Shown here piece after piece: positions 19,804-30,009 of a DNA stretch of 64,000 bases. The DNA comes from Candidatus Velthaea sp. (lineage in GTDB: Bacteria; Vulcanimicrobiota; Vulcanimicrobiia; Vulcanimicrobiales; Vulcanimicrobiaceae). The stretch covers positions 576,001-640,000 of the forward strand of contig CBDCCS010000022.1 of assembly GCA_965214935.1 (NCBI GenBank), in the 5' to 3' direction. Numbering within the stretch: the stretch's first letter is position 1; each line of letters begins with the position of its first letter. A program made the translations under genes and the position numbers. Below the pieces are notes generated by a model. That model searched no databases. It worked only from the letters and a program-made list of their open reading frames with translations, and was not told the DNA's origin.

Positions 19804-21315
19804 ATGAACAAACTCTTGGAGATGCGCGACATCTCCAAGCATTTTACCGGAGTGCAAGCTCTCGCCGGCGTCGACTTTGATGTCGAAGCCGGCGAGGTGC
19901 ATGCACTCGTCGGGCATAACGGCGCCGGCAAATCGACCCTCATTAAGATCCTTACCGGCGCATACGGACGCGACGGCGGAACGATCGAGGTTGAAGGCCG
20001 GCCGGTTTCTTTTGCAAACCCAGGCGCCGCGCAGGCCGCGGGGATCGGGACCATCTACCAAGAGGTCAACCTGATCCCGTACCTGACGGCTCCCGAAAAT
20101 ATTTTTATGGGTCGCGAGCCGCGCGGCAGCTTCGGCCGCGTCGATTGGCGCAAAATGCGACGGCTCGCCGGCGAGTTGCTCGACGGCTTCGGCGTGGCCT
20201 GCGATCTCGATGCCCCCGTTCTACGGCTCGGTGTCGCAACGCAGCAGATGGTTGCGCTGGCGCGTACCGTCTCGCTCGAATCCAAACTCGTCGTGATGGA
20301 CGAGCCGACGTCGTCGCTCGACGATGCCGAGGTCCGCGTGCTCTTCTCCGTCATTCGCCGGCTGCGCGAACGCGGCGTCGGGCTCATTTATGTCAGTCAC
20401 CGCATGGACGAGAACTTTGCGCTTGCCGACCGGATCACGGTGCTGCGCGGCGGCAAGCTCGTGCGCACGCTGCGCACCGATCAAACCGATCCGATCGAGA
20501 TCATCGCGCTCATGCTCGGCCGCAACGTCGAAGACGTGCGCGCCTCGGGCGTGACGGCATTTAGCGAATCCAAGGTCGACGTCGAACGCGCGCGCGTTCT
20601 CGAAGTCGAGCATCTCTCGCGCGGCAAGATGCCCAACGATATCGGCCTAACCGTGCATCGCGGTGAGATCGTCGGCCTCGCCGGTTTGCTTGGTTCCGGC
20701 CGAACGGAACTCGCTCGCACGATCTTCGGCGCAGACGGCGCAACCGGCGGGACGGTCAAGCTCAACGGTCGCGTCATACGCGCGCAAAGCCCGCACGATG
20801 CCGTGAAGGCAGGTATGGGCCTTGTTTCCGAGGATCGCAAAATCGACGGCATTGTGCCTGCCCTAAGCGTCGCGGATAATATTTTGCTCGCGGCACTTCC
20901 GCTCTTCGCACGGGCGGGAATCCTCGATAAGCGCCGGCAGCGCACCATCGTCGACGAGATGATCAAGCGTCTGGACATTCGCACGCCGAGCCCGACGACG
21001 CCGGTGCGCAATCTTTCCGGCGGCAATCAGCAAAAAGTGCTGCTCGCGCGGTGGCTCTGCCGGCGGCCGGCGCTCTTAATTCTCGACGAGCCCACGCGCG
21101 GCGTCGACGTCGGCGCAAAACTCGAGATTCAGCGCCTCATCGACGAACTGGCGCGAACGGATGGTATGGGTATCCTGATGATCTCCTCGGAGCTCGAAGA
21201 AGTGATCGAAGGCAGCGATCGCGTCGCAGTCATGAAAGACGGCCGCAAGCTCGGCGAATTCGCGCGTGGTGAAGCGACCGAAGACCGCGTGATGAAAGCG
21301 ATCTCCGAAGGATGA
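19804..21315 (+). CDS. Sugar ABC ATP-binding protein (YtfR-like)
   Basis: GHNGAGKST, MDEPTSSL, SEDRK, LSGGNQQKV. Confidence 0.95.
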   Translation: MNKLLEMRDISKHFTGVQALAGVDFDVEAGEVHALVGHNGAGKSTLIKILTGAYGRDGGTIEVEGRPVSFANPGAAQAAGIGTIYQEVNLIPYLTAPENIFMGREPRGSFGRVDWRKMRRLAGELLDGFGVACDLDAPVLRLGVATQQMVALARTVSLESKLVVMDEPTSSLDDAEVRVLFSVIRRLRERGVGLIYVSHRMDENFALADRITVLRGGKLVRTLRTDQTDPIEIIALMLGRNVEDVRASGVTAFSESKVDVERARVLEVEHLSRGKMPNDIGLTVHRGEIVGLAGLLGSGRTELARTIFGADGATGGTVKLNGRVIRAQSPHDAVKAGMGLVSEDRKIDGIVPALSVADNILLAALPLFARAGILDKRRQRTIVDEMIKRLDIRTPSPTTPVRNLSGGNQQKVLLARWLCRRPALLILDEPTRGVDVGAKLEIQRLIDELARTDGMGILMISSELEEVIEGSDRVAVMKDGRKLGEFARGEATEDRVMKAISEG

Positions 21316-22304
21316 GCGCGACGGTTGCCCGTCCCGGGCCGGGGCTCCGGCGAAATGCGATTACGACGGCACTGCGTCGCTTCGGTGCGCCGCTAGGACT
21401 GCTCATTCTGGTCATCGTTGCCTCGGTGCTGAGCCCGAACTTCTTCACCGAATCGAACATTCGGCTACAGTTGCAAGGCTTTGCGCTGACCACCGCGCTC
21501 ATCGCGGTCGGCCAGACGCTCGTTATTCTCACCGGCGGCATCGATCTTTCGGTTGGAGCGCTCATGGCCGTCGCCTCGTGTTTAGGCGGTCAGCTGTTGC
21601 TTAAGGGCGCTCCGCCGATCGTGTTCGTCGTCGTCCCGATCGTGTTGACGACCTTCATCGGCGCACTTTCCGGCACGATTATCGCCAAAGCGCGCATTCA
21701 GCCGATCATCGTGACTCTTGCAGTCATGATCGCGGCGCGCGGTCTCGCGCAGCTAATATCCGGTGATGCGGTGCGCATGCTTGGTGACGCCGTGTACGGC
21801 GGCTTTGCGATCTATCAGATCGGTCCGTTACCGCTGTTGGGACAGATCCCGATTTCGGTCGTGTTGACGATCGCTATTTACGCGTTGACGGCATACCTGC
21901 TGAGTTCGACGGTCGCCGGACGCTACGTCTTCGCCGTCGGCGGGAACGAACGGGCGGCGAAACTTGCCGGCATTGAAGCCGACCGCGTAAAGATCATCGT
22001 TTATGCGGTCAGCGGACTGCTCGCGGGCATCGCCGGCGTACTGCTCGCCGCGCATAACGCCGAGGCGGATCCGACCAACGACGGCATCTACTTCGAGCTC
22101 GCGACGATCGCCGCTGTCGTCGTCGGCGGCACTTCACTGCTCGGCGGTACCGGTGGTGTATGGCGCACGCTTACCGGGGGTCTTATTCTCACCGTGCTGT
22201 ACGCGCTGTTCATTCAAGTCGGACTTCCGACGCAAGCGCAACTCATCGCGCAAGGTCTCATCATTGCCGGAGCCGTGATCCTTCAGGGCGGCGGGGACGC
22301 TTAG
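21312..22304 (+). CDS. Sugar ABC permease
   Basis: GGIDLSVG, QPIIVTL, AVGGNERAA; ATGA overlap with the ATPase. Confidence 0.93.
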   Translation: MSATVARPGPGLRRNAITTALRRFGAPLGLLILVIVASVLSPNFFTESNIRLQLQGFALTTALIAVGQTLVILTGGIDLSVGALMAVASCLGGQLLLKGAPPIVFVVVPIVLTTFIGALSGTIIAKARIQPIIVTLAVMIAARGLAQLISGDAVRMLGDAVYGGFAIYQIGPLPLLGQIPISVVLTIAIYALTAYLLSSTVAGRYVFAVGGNERAAKLAGIEADRVKIIVYAVSGLLAGIAGVLLAAHNAEADPTNDGIYFELATIAAVVVGGTSLLGGTGGVWRTLTGGLILTVLYALFIQVGLPTQAQLIAQGLIIAGAVILQGGGDA

Positions 22305-22305
22305 C

Positions 22306-23367
22306 GTGTCCGTTCAGCAAGCTGGTGCGGCGCCGCCGCCCGCCGGAGACGTTCGTCCGCTCGCAACGCGCATCGCGCTTTTCGCGCTCAACGAAAACGC
22401 GCTGCTGCTTTTAATAGCTTTGCTGCTTGCCTGCGGTTTGCTGTCGCCGAATTTCCTGAGTCCGCAGAATCTTGCAAATCTCGCCGATCAGATGCCGATC
22501 TTCGCGATTCTCGCAGCCGGACAATTGCTCGTCATTCTAACCGGCGGCATCGACCTCTCCGTCGGATCCGTGCTCGCGCTTTGCGCATTTTTCGCAGCAT
22601 CGATGTCCTTTCACGGGATCGTTCCTGCCATTCTCGTGCCGCTGCTCGTCGGCGGTGGAGTCGGTCTCATCAACGGCTTCGGCGCCGCCTATACGCGCGT
22701 TCCGCCGTTCATCATCACTTTAGCGATGCTCTCGATCGCGCGAGGTTTTGCCTTGCAGTCGGCGGCGTGGTACAACGGCGGTTCGATCACCGGTGCAGGT
22801 GCAGCGCCGGTCAGCGCGAGCCGCGACTTCGGCTTTCCGCTGGTAAGCTCCGGATCGATTCTCGGATTACCGATCGCCGCTCTCATTGCAATTGCGGTCT
22901 TCGCGCTCGTTGCCTACGTTCTGCGTTACGAACCGTTCGGCCGGCACGTGTACGCCGTCGGCGGCAACGAGCCGGCGGCTTTGCTGCTCGGCGTCAACGT
23001 CAAACGAGTGAAGCTTCTCGTTTACACCATTAGCGGAGTACTCGCCGGTCTCGCCGGAACGCTGTATGCATCGCGCGAAGGCTCGGCGCCGCCGACGGCC
23101 GCCAGCGGGTATGAACTCGATGCAATTACCGCAGTTGTCGTCGGCGGCGCGCTGCTGACCGGCGGTGCCGGTACGGTCCGAGGCACGGTGATCGGCCTAC
23201 TGATCGTGCGTATTTTACCGAACATCTTCAATCTGCTCGGACTCGATCCGGCCTGGCAGCAAGTTGCCCGCGGCGGCGTGCTGCTCGCTGTGGTGCTAAT
23301 CCAAATTCCGATGATCGCGGCAAACGCCGCTCGCAAATCTGCCGGTATCGCGGCCGCGGCCGCCTAA
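22306..23367 (+). CDS. Sugar ABC permease (second)
   Basis: GGIDLSVGS, PPFIITL, YAVGGNE, YELDAI. Confidence 0.93.
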   Translation: MSVQQAGAAPPPAGDVRPLATRIALFALNENALLLLIALLLACGLLSPNFLSPQNLANLADQMPIFAILAAGQLLVILTGGIDLSVGSVLALCAFFAASMSFHGIVPAILVPLLVGGGVGLINGFGAAYTRVPPFIITLAMLSIARGFALQSAAWYNGGSITGAGAAPVSASRDFGFPLVSSGSILGLPIAALIAIAVFALVAYVLRYEPFGRHVYAVGGNEPAALLLGVNVKRVKLLVYTISGVLAGLAGTLYASREGSAPPTAASGYELDAITAVVVGGALLTGGAGTVRGTVIGLLIVRILPNIFNLLGLDPAWQQVARGGVLLAVVLIQIPMIAANAARKSAGIAAAAA

Positions 23368-23372
23368 TCGGC

Positions 23373-24065
23373 TTAGACGGAATCGACTGTCGGCAACAGC
23401 GTCGTCGGCTCCGTTGTTGCGCCGCCGGCCGGAACGTGCGGCGCTTTCGAGTCGCCGGATCGTGCAATCTCAGCAACGGGATGCCGCGAGATCGTGAACT
23501 CGTCGGTCACGACAACTTGCTTTTGTACGTCAAGCTGATCTTCGCTGAGCGGAATGCTCAACTCTTGAGCCGCTCCGATCGGCGTTGCCGGCGAGCTAAG
23601 CGCACTGTCATCGAGCTGCCGGCGTTCAACGTACACCTCATCGTGCGTAACCGGAACATCGATCGACTGCTCCTCAGTCACGACGTGTTTAGTGACGCCG
23701 CCTTCTAATACGGCTGCCGATGACGCTCCGACAAGTACCGCATCGATCGGCGCGCCGACAGGTTCAAGCGGCAAAACCAGCGCTGACGCCGTCTGCCGGC
23801 GTTGCGATAATGCAAAAATTCCAACCAGTACGCCTGCGGTCATTAGCCCGAAGCTAAGCATCGAAAGCGCTCTCGAATCGCTGCGAGAACGATTGTCGCT
23901 CGGCGATTCGACCACGATACTTTGCACCGGTAGCGCATCGCTTCCGGCGTTAGAAGTAAATCGGCTTTTCAATAGCCGTACGATGTTCAACCCCGTCGTA
24001 GATCGCGGCGATATGCTCGTGCTTCCAAGATCGGCAGACGACGTTGTCGCGTTGATTTCATTCAT
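23373..24065 (-). CDS. YsnF/AvaK (DUF2382) domain protein with one TM segment
   Basis: KHVVTEEQSIDVPVTHDEVYVERR and IPLSEDQLDVQKQVVVTDEFTISR. Confidence 0.75.
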   Translation of the reverse strand: MNEINATTSSADLGSTSISPRSTTGLNIVRLLKSRFTSNAGSDALPVQSIVVESPSDNRSRSDSRALSMLSFGLMTAGVLVGIFALSQRRQTASALVLPLEPVGAPIDAVLVGASSAAVLEGGVTKHVVTEEQSIDVPVTHDEVYVERRQLDDSALSSPATPIGAAQELSIPLSEDQLDVQKQVVVTDEFTISRHPVAEIARSGDSKAPHVPAGGATTEPTTLLPTVDSV

Positions 24066-24536
24066 GAGGTATTGTACTTTCCGCTAGGCTCTCGTGTCCG
24101 GCGGCACCCGCCGAATGCTCCGGATACCTGTTGTGATGGCCGGCGGTTTTGACCTGGCATTCAACCAAGACGGTCGGCTTCAACGCGCGACCCCGAAGAA
24201 ATACCGGCGGACGGTGCGCGCAAAACGCCCGCGGCGTTTTTTTTCCCGCGCAACGCGAAACGATCGGACGTCCGGCGGCGATCGTGCGGATGCGCGCCGG
24301 CGTGCTCACGCAGCGTACGCGTTCTCTGCGCGAGGTCGATCGGCGAAGCGCGGCCGTACGAACGACAGCACATCGTGCACGAGCAACAGCATCGACTATG
24401 CGGCCGACCGACCTCAGCGCTAAGCTAGATCGCCGCGGCAACGCCGATCCATATATCTATTCTCAATTGTCGCTCAAGCTGTCGACGCACGTAAGTGCAA
24501 ACGATCGACGTGAGCGCGATCATCGCCGGTCGACGG

Positions 24537-24752
24537 TTATGCGGAGCCGGGTCCGTGCGCTTCGGCAAAGCCGCAAAAATAAAGCGTAATACCGTCGGAC
24601 GTTGCGATCATCGTGCGATCGCCTTCGACGGCCGCAGCCGCGATCGTTTTGCCGGTGATCGCGTCAAGGAAGCGCCGCGCTTGCATAAACTCCGCCGCTT
24701 TCAAACCATCCGGATCAAGCTCGAATGTGGTTCCGTTCAGCCGGTCGTTCAT
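24537..24752 (-). CDS. Small hypothetical protein (71 aa)
   Basis: ATG 5 nt after the stop of the receiver gene; plausible globular sequence MNDRLNGTTFELDPDG...LYFCGF. Confidence 0.6.
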   Translation of the reverse strand: MNDRLNGTTFELDPDGLKAAEFMQARRFLDAITGKTIAAAAVEGDRTMIATSDGITLYFCGFAEAHGPGSA

Positions 24753-24757
24753 CTGCT

Positions 24758-25276
24758 TTATTGCTCGTGAAACGTCGTGCGTGCCGAACGCCGGTCGAAG
24801 GTCGACGGCGTTCGCAACCAGCGCTTGAAGCAACGTTCGAGTTCGCTCCGATCGAGCGGTTTACTCAAGCAATCATTCATGCCCGCTGCGCGGCATCCGG
24901 CCAGATCGGCCGCTCCGTTGCGCGAGAGTCCGACGATCGGAATGGCCGACGGTCTCGTCCGTTCGATACGCCGCCAGCGCCGTGTCGCCTCGAGACCGGA
25001 CATGTCGGGCATCTCGCAGTCCATGAGGACCAAGCGAAATGCTGACGACGCTTCGAGGGCCGCAAGTGCATCGGAACCGGAACCAACGACTTCCACGCAG
25101 GCACCAAGTTCGCCTGAAACAACGGTCGCCCGTAGCTGTTCGATCGCGTTGTCGTCAACGATGAGAATTCTCTCGAAACGAAGATCGTGTACCCGGCGAC
25201 CCCCTGGTGCGAGCGTACATGACGGCGCCGCCGTGTCAAAGCCGGTCACGACTGCGCGAGAAGAAACGAACTCCAT
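24758..25276 (-). CDS. Stand-alone response regulator receiver domain
   Basis: ILIVDDN, LVLMDCEMPDMSGLEAT, GMNDCLSKP; start uncertain. Confidence 0.82.
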   Translation of the reverse strand: MEFVSSRAVVTGFDTAAPSCTLAPGGRRVHDLRFERILIVDDNAIEQLRATVVSGELGACVEVVGSGSDALAALEASSAFRLVLMDCEMPDMSGLEATRRWRRIERTRPSAIPIVGLSRNGAADLAGCRAAGMNDCLSKPLDRSELERCFKRWLRTPSTFDRRSARTTFHEQ

Positions 25277-25464
25277 ATCGATCGTCTGCCTCCATCCGTG
25301 TTCTGCGACCAGCGCGGTTGCAGTGCCGTTTTGTACCGTTGCAAAACAGCGCTAAAACCTGCGGACGGCCGGCTACGTCAAAGCCTTACATAACGCTTGC
25401 ACCGATCCGGACATTCGTTGAAGCCAGGACCGCATAGGTTTGGGCGCCAAGATTGTCGCCAATA

Positions 25465-26163
25465 ATGCCGCCGATTTTTACCGACGTCGCCGACATGCCG
25501 GTTCGGGGTCGCTCTTCGAGCGACGTGGCCGAGCTTTTGCGGCGCGCGATCGTCGCGGGAGCGCTGGCTCCGAACGAGCGGCTCGTTGAGTTAAGTTTGG
25601 CGCGCCAGCTGGAAACGAATCGGGCCGTCGTCCGCGGCGCGCTCGCGCAACTCGAACAACAACGGCTAATCGTGCGCGAGCCCAATCGCGGCGTTCGCGT
25701 TCGCGCGTATAGTGCCGAAGAAGCCGCCGAGATCCTTGAAACACGCGCGTCGCTCGAAGGTCTGGTCGCACGCCGGGCAGCGAAAAGCTTCGATGCTGCG
25801 GCCGCACAGCAGCTTCGCGGCGTGCTCGATGCAATGCATGCATGCCGCGACAACGCAGATCTCCTCGGCTACTCGAAGTTGAACGGGCAATTTCATCGCA
25901 CGATTCTTGAAATCGGCCATCATGAAACCGCGTCGATGTTGTTGGCGGTGCTCCAGTCGCAAGCCGTGCGCTATCAGTTTCGCACGGTCCTCGAACCAGG
26001 CCGCATCGGCCGCTCCCTCGCCGAGCACGAAGCGATCTATGCTGCGTTCGTCGCGCATGATGAACACGCGGCTGAGCAAGCAATGCACGCCCACATCCGC
26101 GCCGTTGCCGATACCGTCCGTTCGATCGGCGCCGGCGATTTAGAGCATCACAAAGCAATGTAG
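25465..26163 (+). CDS. GntR-family (FCD) transcriptional regulator
   Basis: wHTH LAPNERLVE...VRGALAQLE...NRG; FCD motifs FHRTI, EHEAI, AMHAH. Confidence 0.92.
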   Translation: MPPIFTDVADMPVRGRSSSDVAELLRRAIVAGALAPNERLVELSLARQLETNRAVVRGALAQLEQQRLIVREPNRGVRVRAYSAEEAAEILETRASLEGLVARRAAKSFDAAAAQQLRGVLDAMHACRDNADLLGYSKLNGQFHRTILEIGHHETASMLLAVLQSQAVRYQFRTVLEPGRIGRSLAEHEAIYAAFVAHDEHAAEQAMHAHIRAVADTVRSIGAGDLEHHKAM

Positions 26164-26307
26164 CCGGCGTGCAGCACACGCCGGACAAGCCGCCTCAGCG
26201 GCACCCGACGCCGTTCATCGATCTTCTCCGGTAAACTTACGTAGTTCGACCGCTTGTCCTAATCGCATTAACGCATGAAAAATATCTCAACCGTTTGGAG
26301 GATTTCC

Positions 26308-27606
26308 GTGCCGTCAATTCGTTCCCGTCGCGACTTTGTTACTGCTGCGGCCGCCGGCGCGGGTGGTGCCGTACTCGCTGCTGGTTTGCCGGGTTCTTGG
26401 CGGCCGGCTGACGCGGCCGATACGCTCAAAGTCGGTTTCGTCAGTCCACGCACCGGGCCGCTCGGCGGGTTCGGCGAGTGCGATCCGTACGTCGTCGGGC
26501 TCGCGCGCAAGTCGTTGGCGAGAGGCTTCCAAAGCGGCGGCCGGACGTATGCCGTCGAGATCTTCGATCGCGATACACAGTCCGATCCGGCACGCGCCGG
26601 GCAAATCGCCAAAGAGCTCATCAACAGCAACGGCATCGACTTGATGCTCGTCACATCAACGCCCGAAGTGGTTAATCCGGTCTCCGATGCATGTGAAGCA
26701 GCGGGCGTCCCGTGCCTGTCGACAGTCATGCCGTGGGAGGCGTGGTACTTCGGGCGAGGCGCGAAACCCGGTGCACCGTCGCCCTTCAAATGGACGTATC
26801 ACTTTAGCTTCGGCGTTAAAAGCTTTCTCGATTGTTATGTTTCGCAGTGGAGCCACATTCAGACCAATAAAAAGGTCGGAGTGCTCTACCCGAATGACGC
26901 CGACGGCAATGCAATTCGCGAACATCTCATTCCCGCTCTGCAAAAGGCCGGATTTACCATTGTCGATCCGGGCGGCTACGAAGACGGCACAACCGATTTC
27001 TCCGCGCAGATCGCCAAGTACAAATCCGAGCAGTGCGAGATTTTCAACAGCTTCCCGTTACCGCCAGATTTTGCGACGTTCTGGCGCCAAGCCGCGCAAC
27101 AAGGTTACACCCGTACGGTCAAGATCGCGCAATTAGCGAAGACCGGACTATTTCCATCGAATATCGAGGCCTTAGGTTCGCTCGGCGACAAACTTGCGTC
27201 GGCCGTCTATTGGCATCGCGACTTTCCATATAAATCGTCGCTTACGGGAATATCATCGAACGCATTGGCCGACGATTATGAGAAGACGACCGGCAAGCAG
27301 TGGAATCAGCAAGTCGGTGCATCGCTTTCACTCTTCGACGCCGGTTTCGATGCGCTCAAGAAAAGTAACGCACCGAAAACCAAAGCGGCGGTGGCGAAAG
27401 CATTAAGCCGGCTCAAGACCACGACGATCGTCGGAGTCGTCGACTTCACCACGGGTCCGGTACCGAATGTCGCAACGAGCAGTGAAATCGGCTCGCAGTG
27501 GGTGAAGTCGAAAGCCGGCAGCAAATACCCATTCGATCTTGTGCTCACCGAGCATGCCAACGATACGCGAGTGCCGATCTCCGCTAAGTTGCTGCCGTAC
27601 AGCTAA
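26308..27606 (+). CDS. Liv-type ABC substrate-binding protein with Tat signal
   Basis: SRRDFV Tat motif, GFVSPRTGPL, DTQSDP; GGAGGA before GTG 26308. Confidence 0.9.
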   Translation: MPSIRSRRDFVTAAAAGAGGAVLAAGLPGSWRPADAADTLKVGFVSPRTGPLGGFGECDPYVVGLARKSLARGFQSGGRTYAVEIFDRDTQSDPARAGQIAKELINSNGIDLMLVTSTPEVVNPVSDACEAAGVPCLSTVMPWEAWYFGRGAKPGAPSPFKWTYHFSFGVKSFLDCYVSQWSHIQTNKKVGVLYPNDADGNAIREHLIPALQKAGFTIVDPGGYEDGTTDFSAQIAKYKSEQCEIFNSFPLPPDFATFWRQAAQQGYTRTVKIAQLAKTGLFPSNIEALGSLGDKLASAVYWHRDFPYKSSLTGISSNALADDYEKTTGKQWNQQVGASLSLFDAGFDALKKSNAPKTKAAVAKALSRLKTTTIVGVVDFTTGPVPNVATSSEIGSQWVKSKAGSKYPFDLVLTEHANDTRVPISAKLLPYS

Positions 27607-27621
27607 CTCGCGCGACGCAAC

Positions 27622-28371
27622 ATGACTGACGCAGCGCCGGCCGCCGGCCGCACGATCCTCGAGGCGACCGGGATCGTTAAACGCTTTGGTGCGTTTACGG
27701 CGGTTGCCGGCGTTGATTTCCACTTGGACCGTGACGAAGCCGTCGGCATCGTCGGACCGAATGGTGCCGGAAAGACGACGCTGCTCAACGTGCTTGCCGG
27801 TGCTTATCCGCCGACGGCCGGGTCGGTCCGGCTTGACGGTACGGACGTTTCGCGGCTCGATGCCGCGTCGCGCTGCCGCTTAGGCGTAGCGCGGTCGCAC
27901 CAAGTCCCGCGGCCGTTCAGCGACATGACGGTTTTCGAGAATGTCTTCGTCGCTGCATCGGCCGGCGGCGGACGCGGCGGCGCGCGCGCGTACGATACGG
28001 TGATCGAGTCGTTGCAACTATGCGGCTTGCTGCCGATTGCAAATCGCCAAGCAGCGACCCTCGGTTTGCTCGACCGCAAGCGGCTCGAGTTAGCCCGGGC
28101 GCTGGGGACAGGGCCGCAGGTCTTACTGCTCGATGAAATCGGAGCCGGATTGACCGATTCCGAAGCAAGCGAACTCGTCGCGATCATCCGCGAATTACGA
28201 GCGCGTAGCATCGCCATCGTATGGATCGAACACATCCTTCACGTGTTGCTGCAAGTCGTCGAACGGCTCGTGTGTATGGATGCCGGCGCCGTTATCGCGC
28301 AGGGTGCGCCGGACGTTGCACTCGCGCATCCGGCGGTCATCGAAGCGTACCTCGGCAGCGGTGTTGCATGA
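27622..28371 (+). CDS. Liv-type ABC ATP-binding protein (LivG-like)
   Basis: GPNGAGKTT, LELARAL, LLDE, IEH, EAYLG. Confidence 0.93.
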   Translation: MTDAAPAAGRTILEATGIVKRFGAFTAVAGVDFHLDRDEAVGIVGPNGAGKTTLLNVLAGAYPPTAGSVRLDGTDVSRLDAASRCRLGVARSHQVPRPFSDMTVFENVFVAASAGGGRGGARAYDTVIESLQLCGLLPIANRQAATLGLLDRKRLELARALGTGPQVLLLDEIGAGLTDSEASELVAIIRELRARSIAIVWIEHILHVLLQVVERLVCMDAGAVIAQGAPDVALAHPAVIEAYLGSGVA

Positions 28372-29093
28372 GTTTGCTCGAGGTCGACGGACTCGATGCG
28401 CGGCACGGCTTGCTCGTCGCGGTTCGCGGCGTGACGATGCATGTTGCCGAACGCGAGATCGTTGCACTAGTCGGTGCCAACGGTGCCGGCAAAACCACGC
28501 TGCTGCGTACGATTGCCGGGGCGCACCAGCCGTTTGCCGGCCGCATCGTGCTCGACGGCGTCGACATCACGCCGGAACGAGCGCATCGGCGCACGCGCCT
28601 GGGCATCGCCTTGGTTCCGGAAGGCCGGCGCTTGTTCGGCAATATGACCGTCGACGAGAATCTGCGCGTTGCGGGGCGTACCGGACGCGCCGGTCAGTGG
28701 AATCGCGACACGGTCATCGAAGCGTTCCCAATGCTCAAACCGCATCTCAACCGGCGCAGCGGCGACTTATCCGGCGGTCAGCAGCAAGCAACGGCAATCG
28801 GCCGTGCACTCATGACGAATCCCCGCGTTTTGTTGTTAGACGAGGTTTCGCTCGGGCTGTCACCGTTAGCGGTCAATATCGTCTACGAATCGCTGCAAGC
28901 GGTCATTACCGGCGGCGCGACGATCGTGCTCGTCGAGCAAGACCTTAGCCGTGCGTTGCGCATCTCGACGCGCGTTGCGTGCATGCTCGAAGGTAGGATC
29001 GTGCTCGACGGCCGCACATCCGATTTTAGCAAGGAGCAGATAACGGAAGCATATTTTGGTTTGCGGCGCGCCGCAGCGCAAGGTGCGCAATGA
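28368..29093 (+). CDS. Liv-type ABC ATP-binding protein (LivF-like)
   Basis: GANGAGKTT, VPEGRRLF, LSGGQQQ, LDEVSLGL; ATGA overlap. Confidence 0.93.
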   Translation: MSLLEVDGLDARHGLLVAVRGVTMHVAEREIVALVGANGAGKTTLLRTIAGAHQPFAGRIVLDGVDITPERAHRRTRLGIALVPEGRRLFGNMTVDENLRVAGRTGRAGQWNRDTVIEAFPMLKPHLNRRSGDLSGGQQQATAIGRALMTNPRVLLLDEVSLGLSPLAVNIVYESLQAVITGGATIVLVEQDLSRALRISTRVACMLEGRIVLDGRTSDFSKEQITEAYFGLRRAAAQGAQ

Positions 29094-29106
29094 AGCCGCT
29101 GCTGCC

Positions 29107-30009
29107 ATGATGTGGATCGACCAGATCATCCAAGGTGTTTTGCTGGGCGGATATTACGCCCTTATCGCCTGCGGCTTGTCATTCATGTACGGCGTTATGC
29201 GCGTTATCAACCTCGCGCACGGCAGTTTAGCGGTGCTGGCCGGTTATCTCGTATTTTCGCTCGCCGATCAATTGAAGATGTCGCCGTTTCTGGCACTGAT
29301 TGCGGTCGTGCCGGTGATGGGGCTCGCCGGCTGGGTGTTGCAGCGCACCGTGCTCGAACGCAGCTTGCGATCCGGCACGTTGACGCCGCTGCTGAGCACG
29401 TTCGGCATCGCCGTCGTGATCGACAATTTGCTCTTTGAGCGTTTTGGCGCCGATACGCGCTCGCTCGCGCCGAATATCGGTGACCTTGCTTTTACAAGCT
29501 GGAACGTACCGGGCGGCATCACGATCGGACAGCTTGCATTGTTGACGTTGATCGTTGCGGTCGCGTTGCTCGGCGGATTGCAATTGTTTCTTAGCCGGAC
29601 GCCGCTGGGACGTGCCATCCGGGCAACGTCCGAAGATCCGGACACCGCCGAACTCGTCGGCATCGATTCGCGGACCGTATATGCGGCCGCCGCGGCGATT
29701 GCGTTAGCTTCCGTTGCTGTCGCCGGTACGTTTCTCGGTCTTCGCGCGACGTTCGATCCATATAGCGGCGCGACACAATTGATCTTCGCTTTTGAGGCGG
29801 TCGTAATCGGCGGCGCGGGCTCGCTGTGGGGAACGCTAGCCGGCGGAATCGCGCTGGGCGTCGCTCAGAACATCGGTTCGCAAATTTATCCGCAAGGCTT
29901 CCTCCTTGCCGGGCACGCATTGTTTTTCGCCGTTCTCGCCGTGCGCTTTTTAAGTGCCGGCCGTAACCCGCTTGCGTTTTTTAAGAGCGCGCGGAGCACC
30001 CCGGCATGA
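29107..30009 (+). CDS. Liv-type ABC permease (LivH-like)
   Basis: INLAHG, GRAIRA, AELVGI, VVIGGAGSL. Confidence 0.93.
   Translation: MMWIDQIIQGVLLGGYYALIACGLSFMYGVMRVINLAHGSLAVLAGYLVFSLADQLKMSPFLALIAVVPVMGLAGWVLQRTVLERSLRSGTLTPLLSTFGIAVVIDNLLFERFGADTRSLAPNIGDLAFTSWNVPGGITIGQLALLTLIVAVALLGGLQLFLSRTPLGRAIRATSEDPDTAELVGIDSRTVYAAAAAIALASVAVAGTFLGLRATFDPYSGATQLIFAFEAVVIGGAGSLWGTLAGGIALGVAQNIGSQIYPQGFLLAGHALFFAVLAVRFLSAGRNPLAFFKSARSTPA

Noticed and set aside
24066..24530. ORFs between the YsnF-domain gene and the small minus-strand gene
   Set aside because: No frame gives a protein-like sequence or has an RBS.
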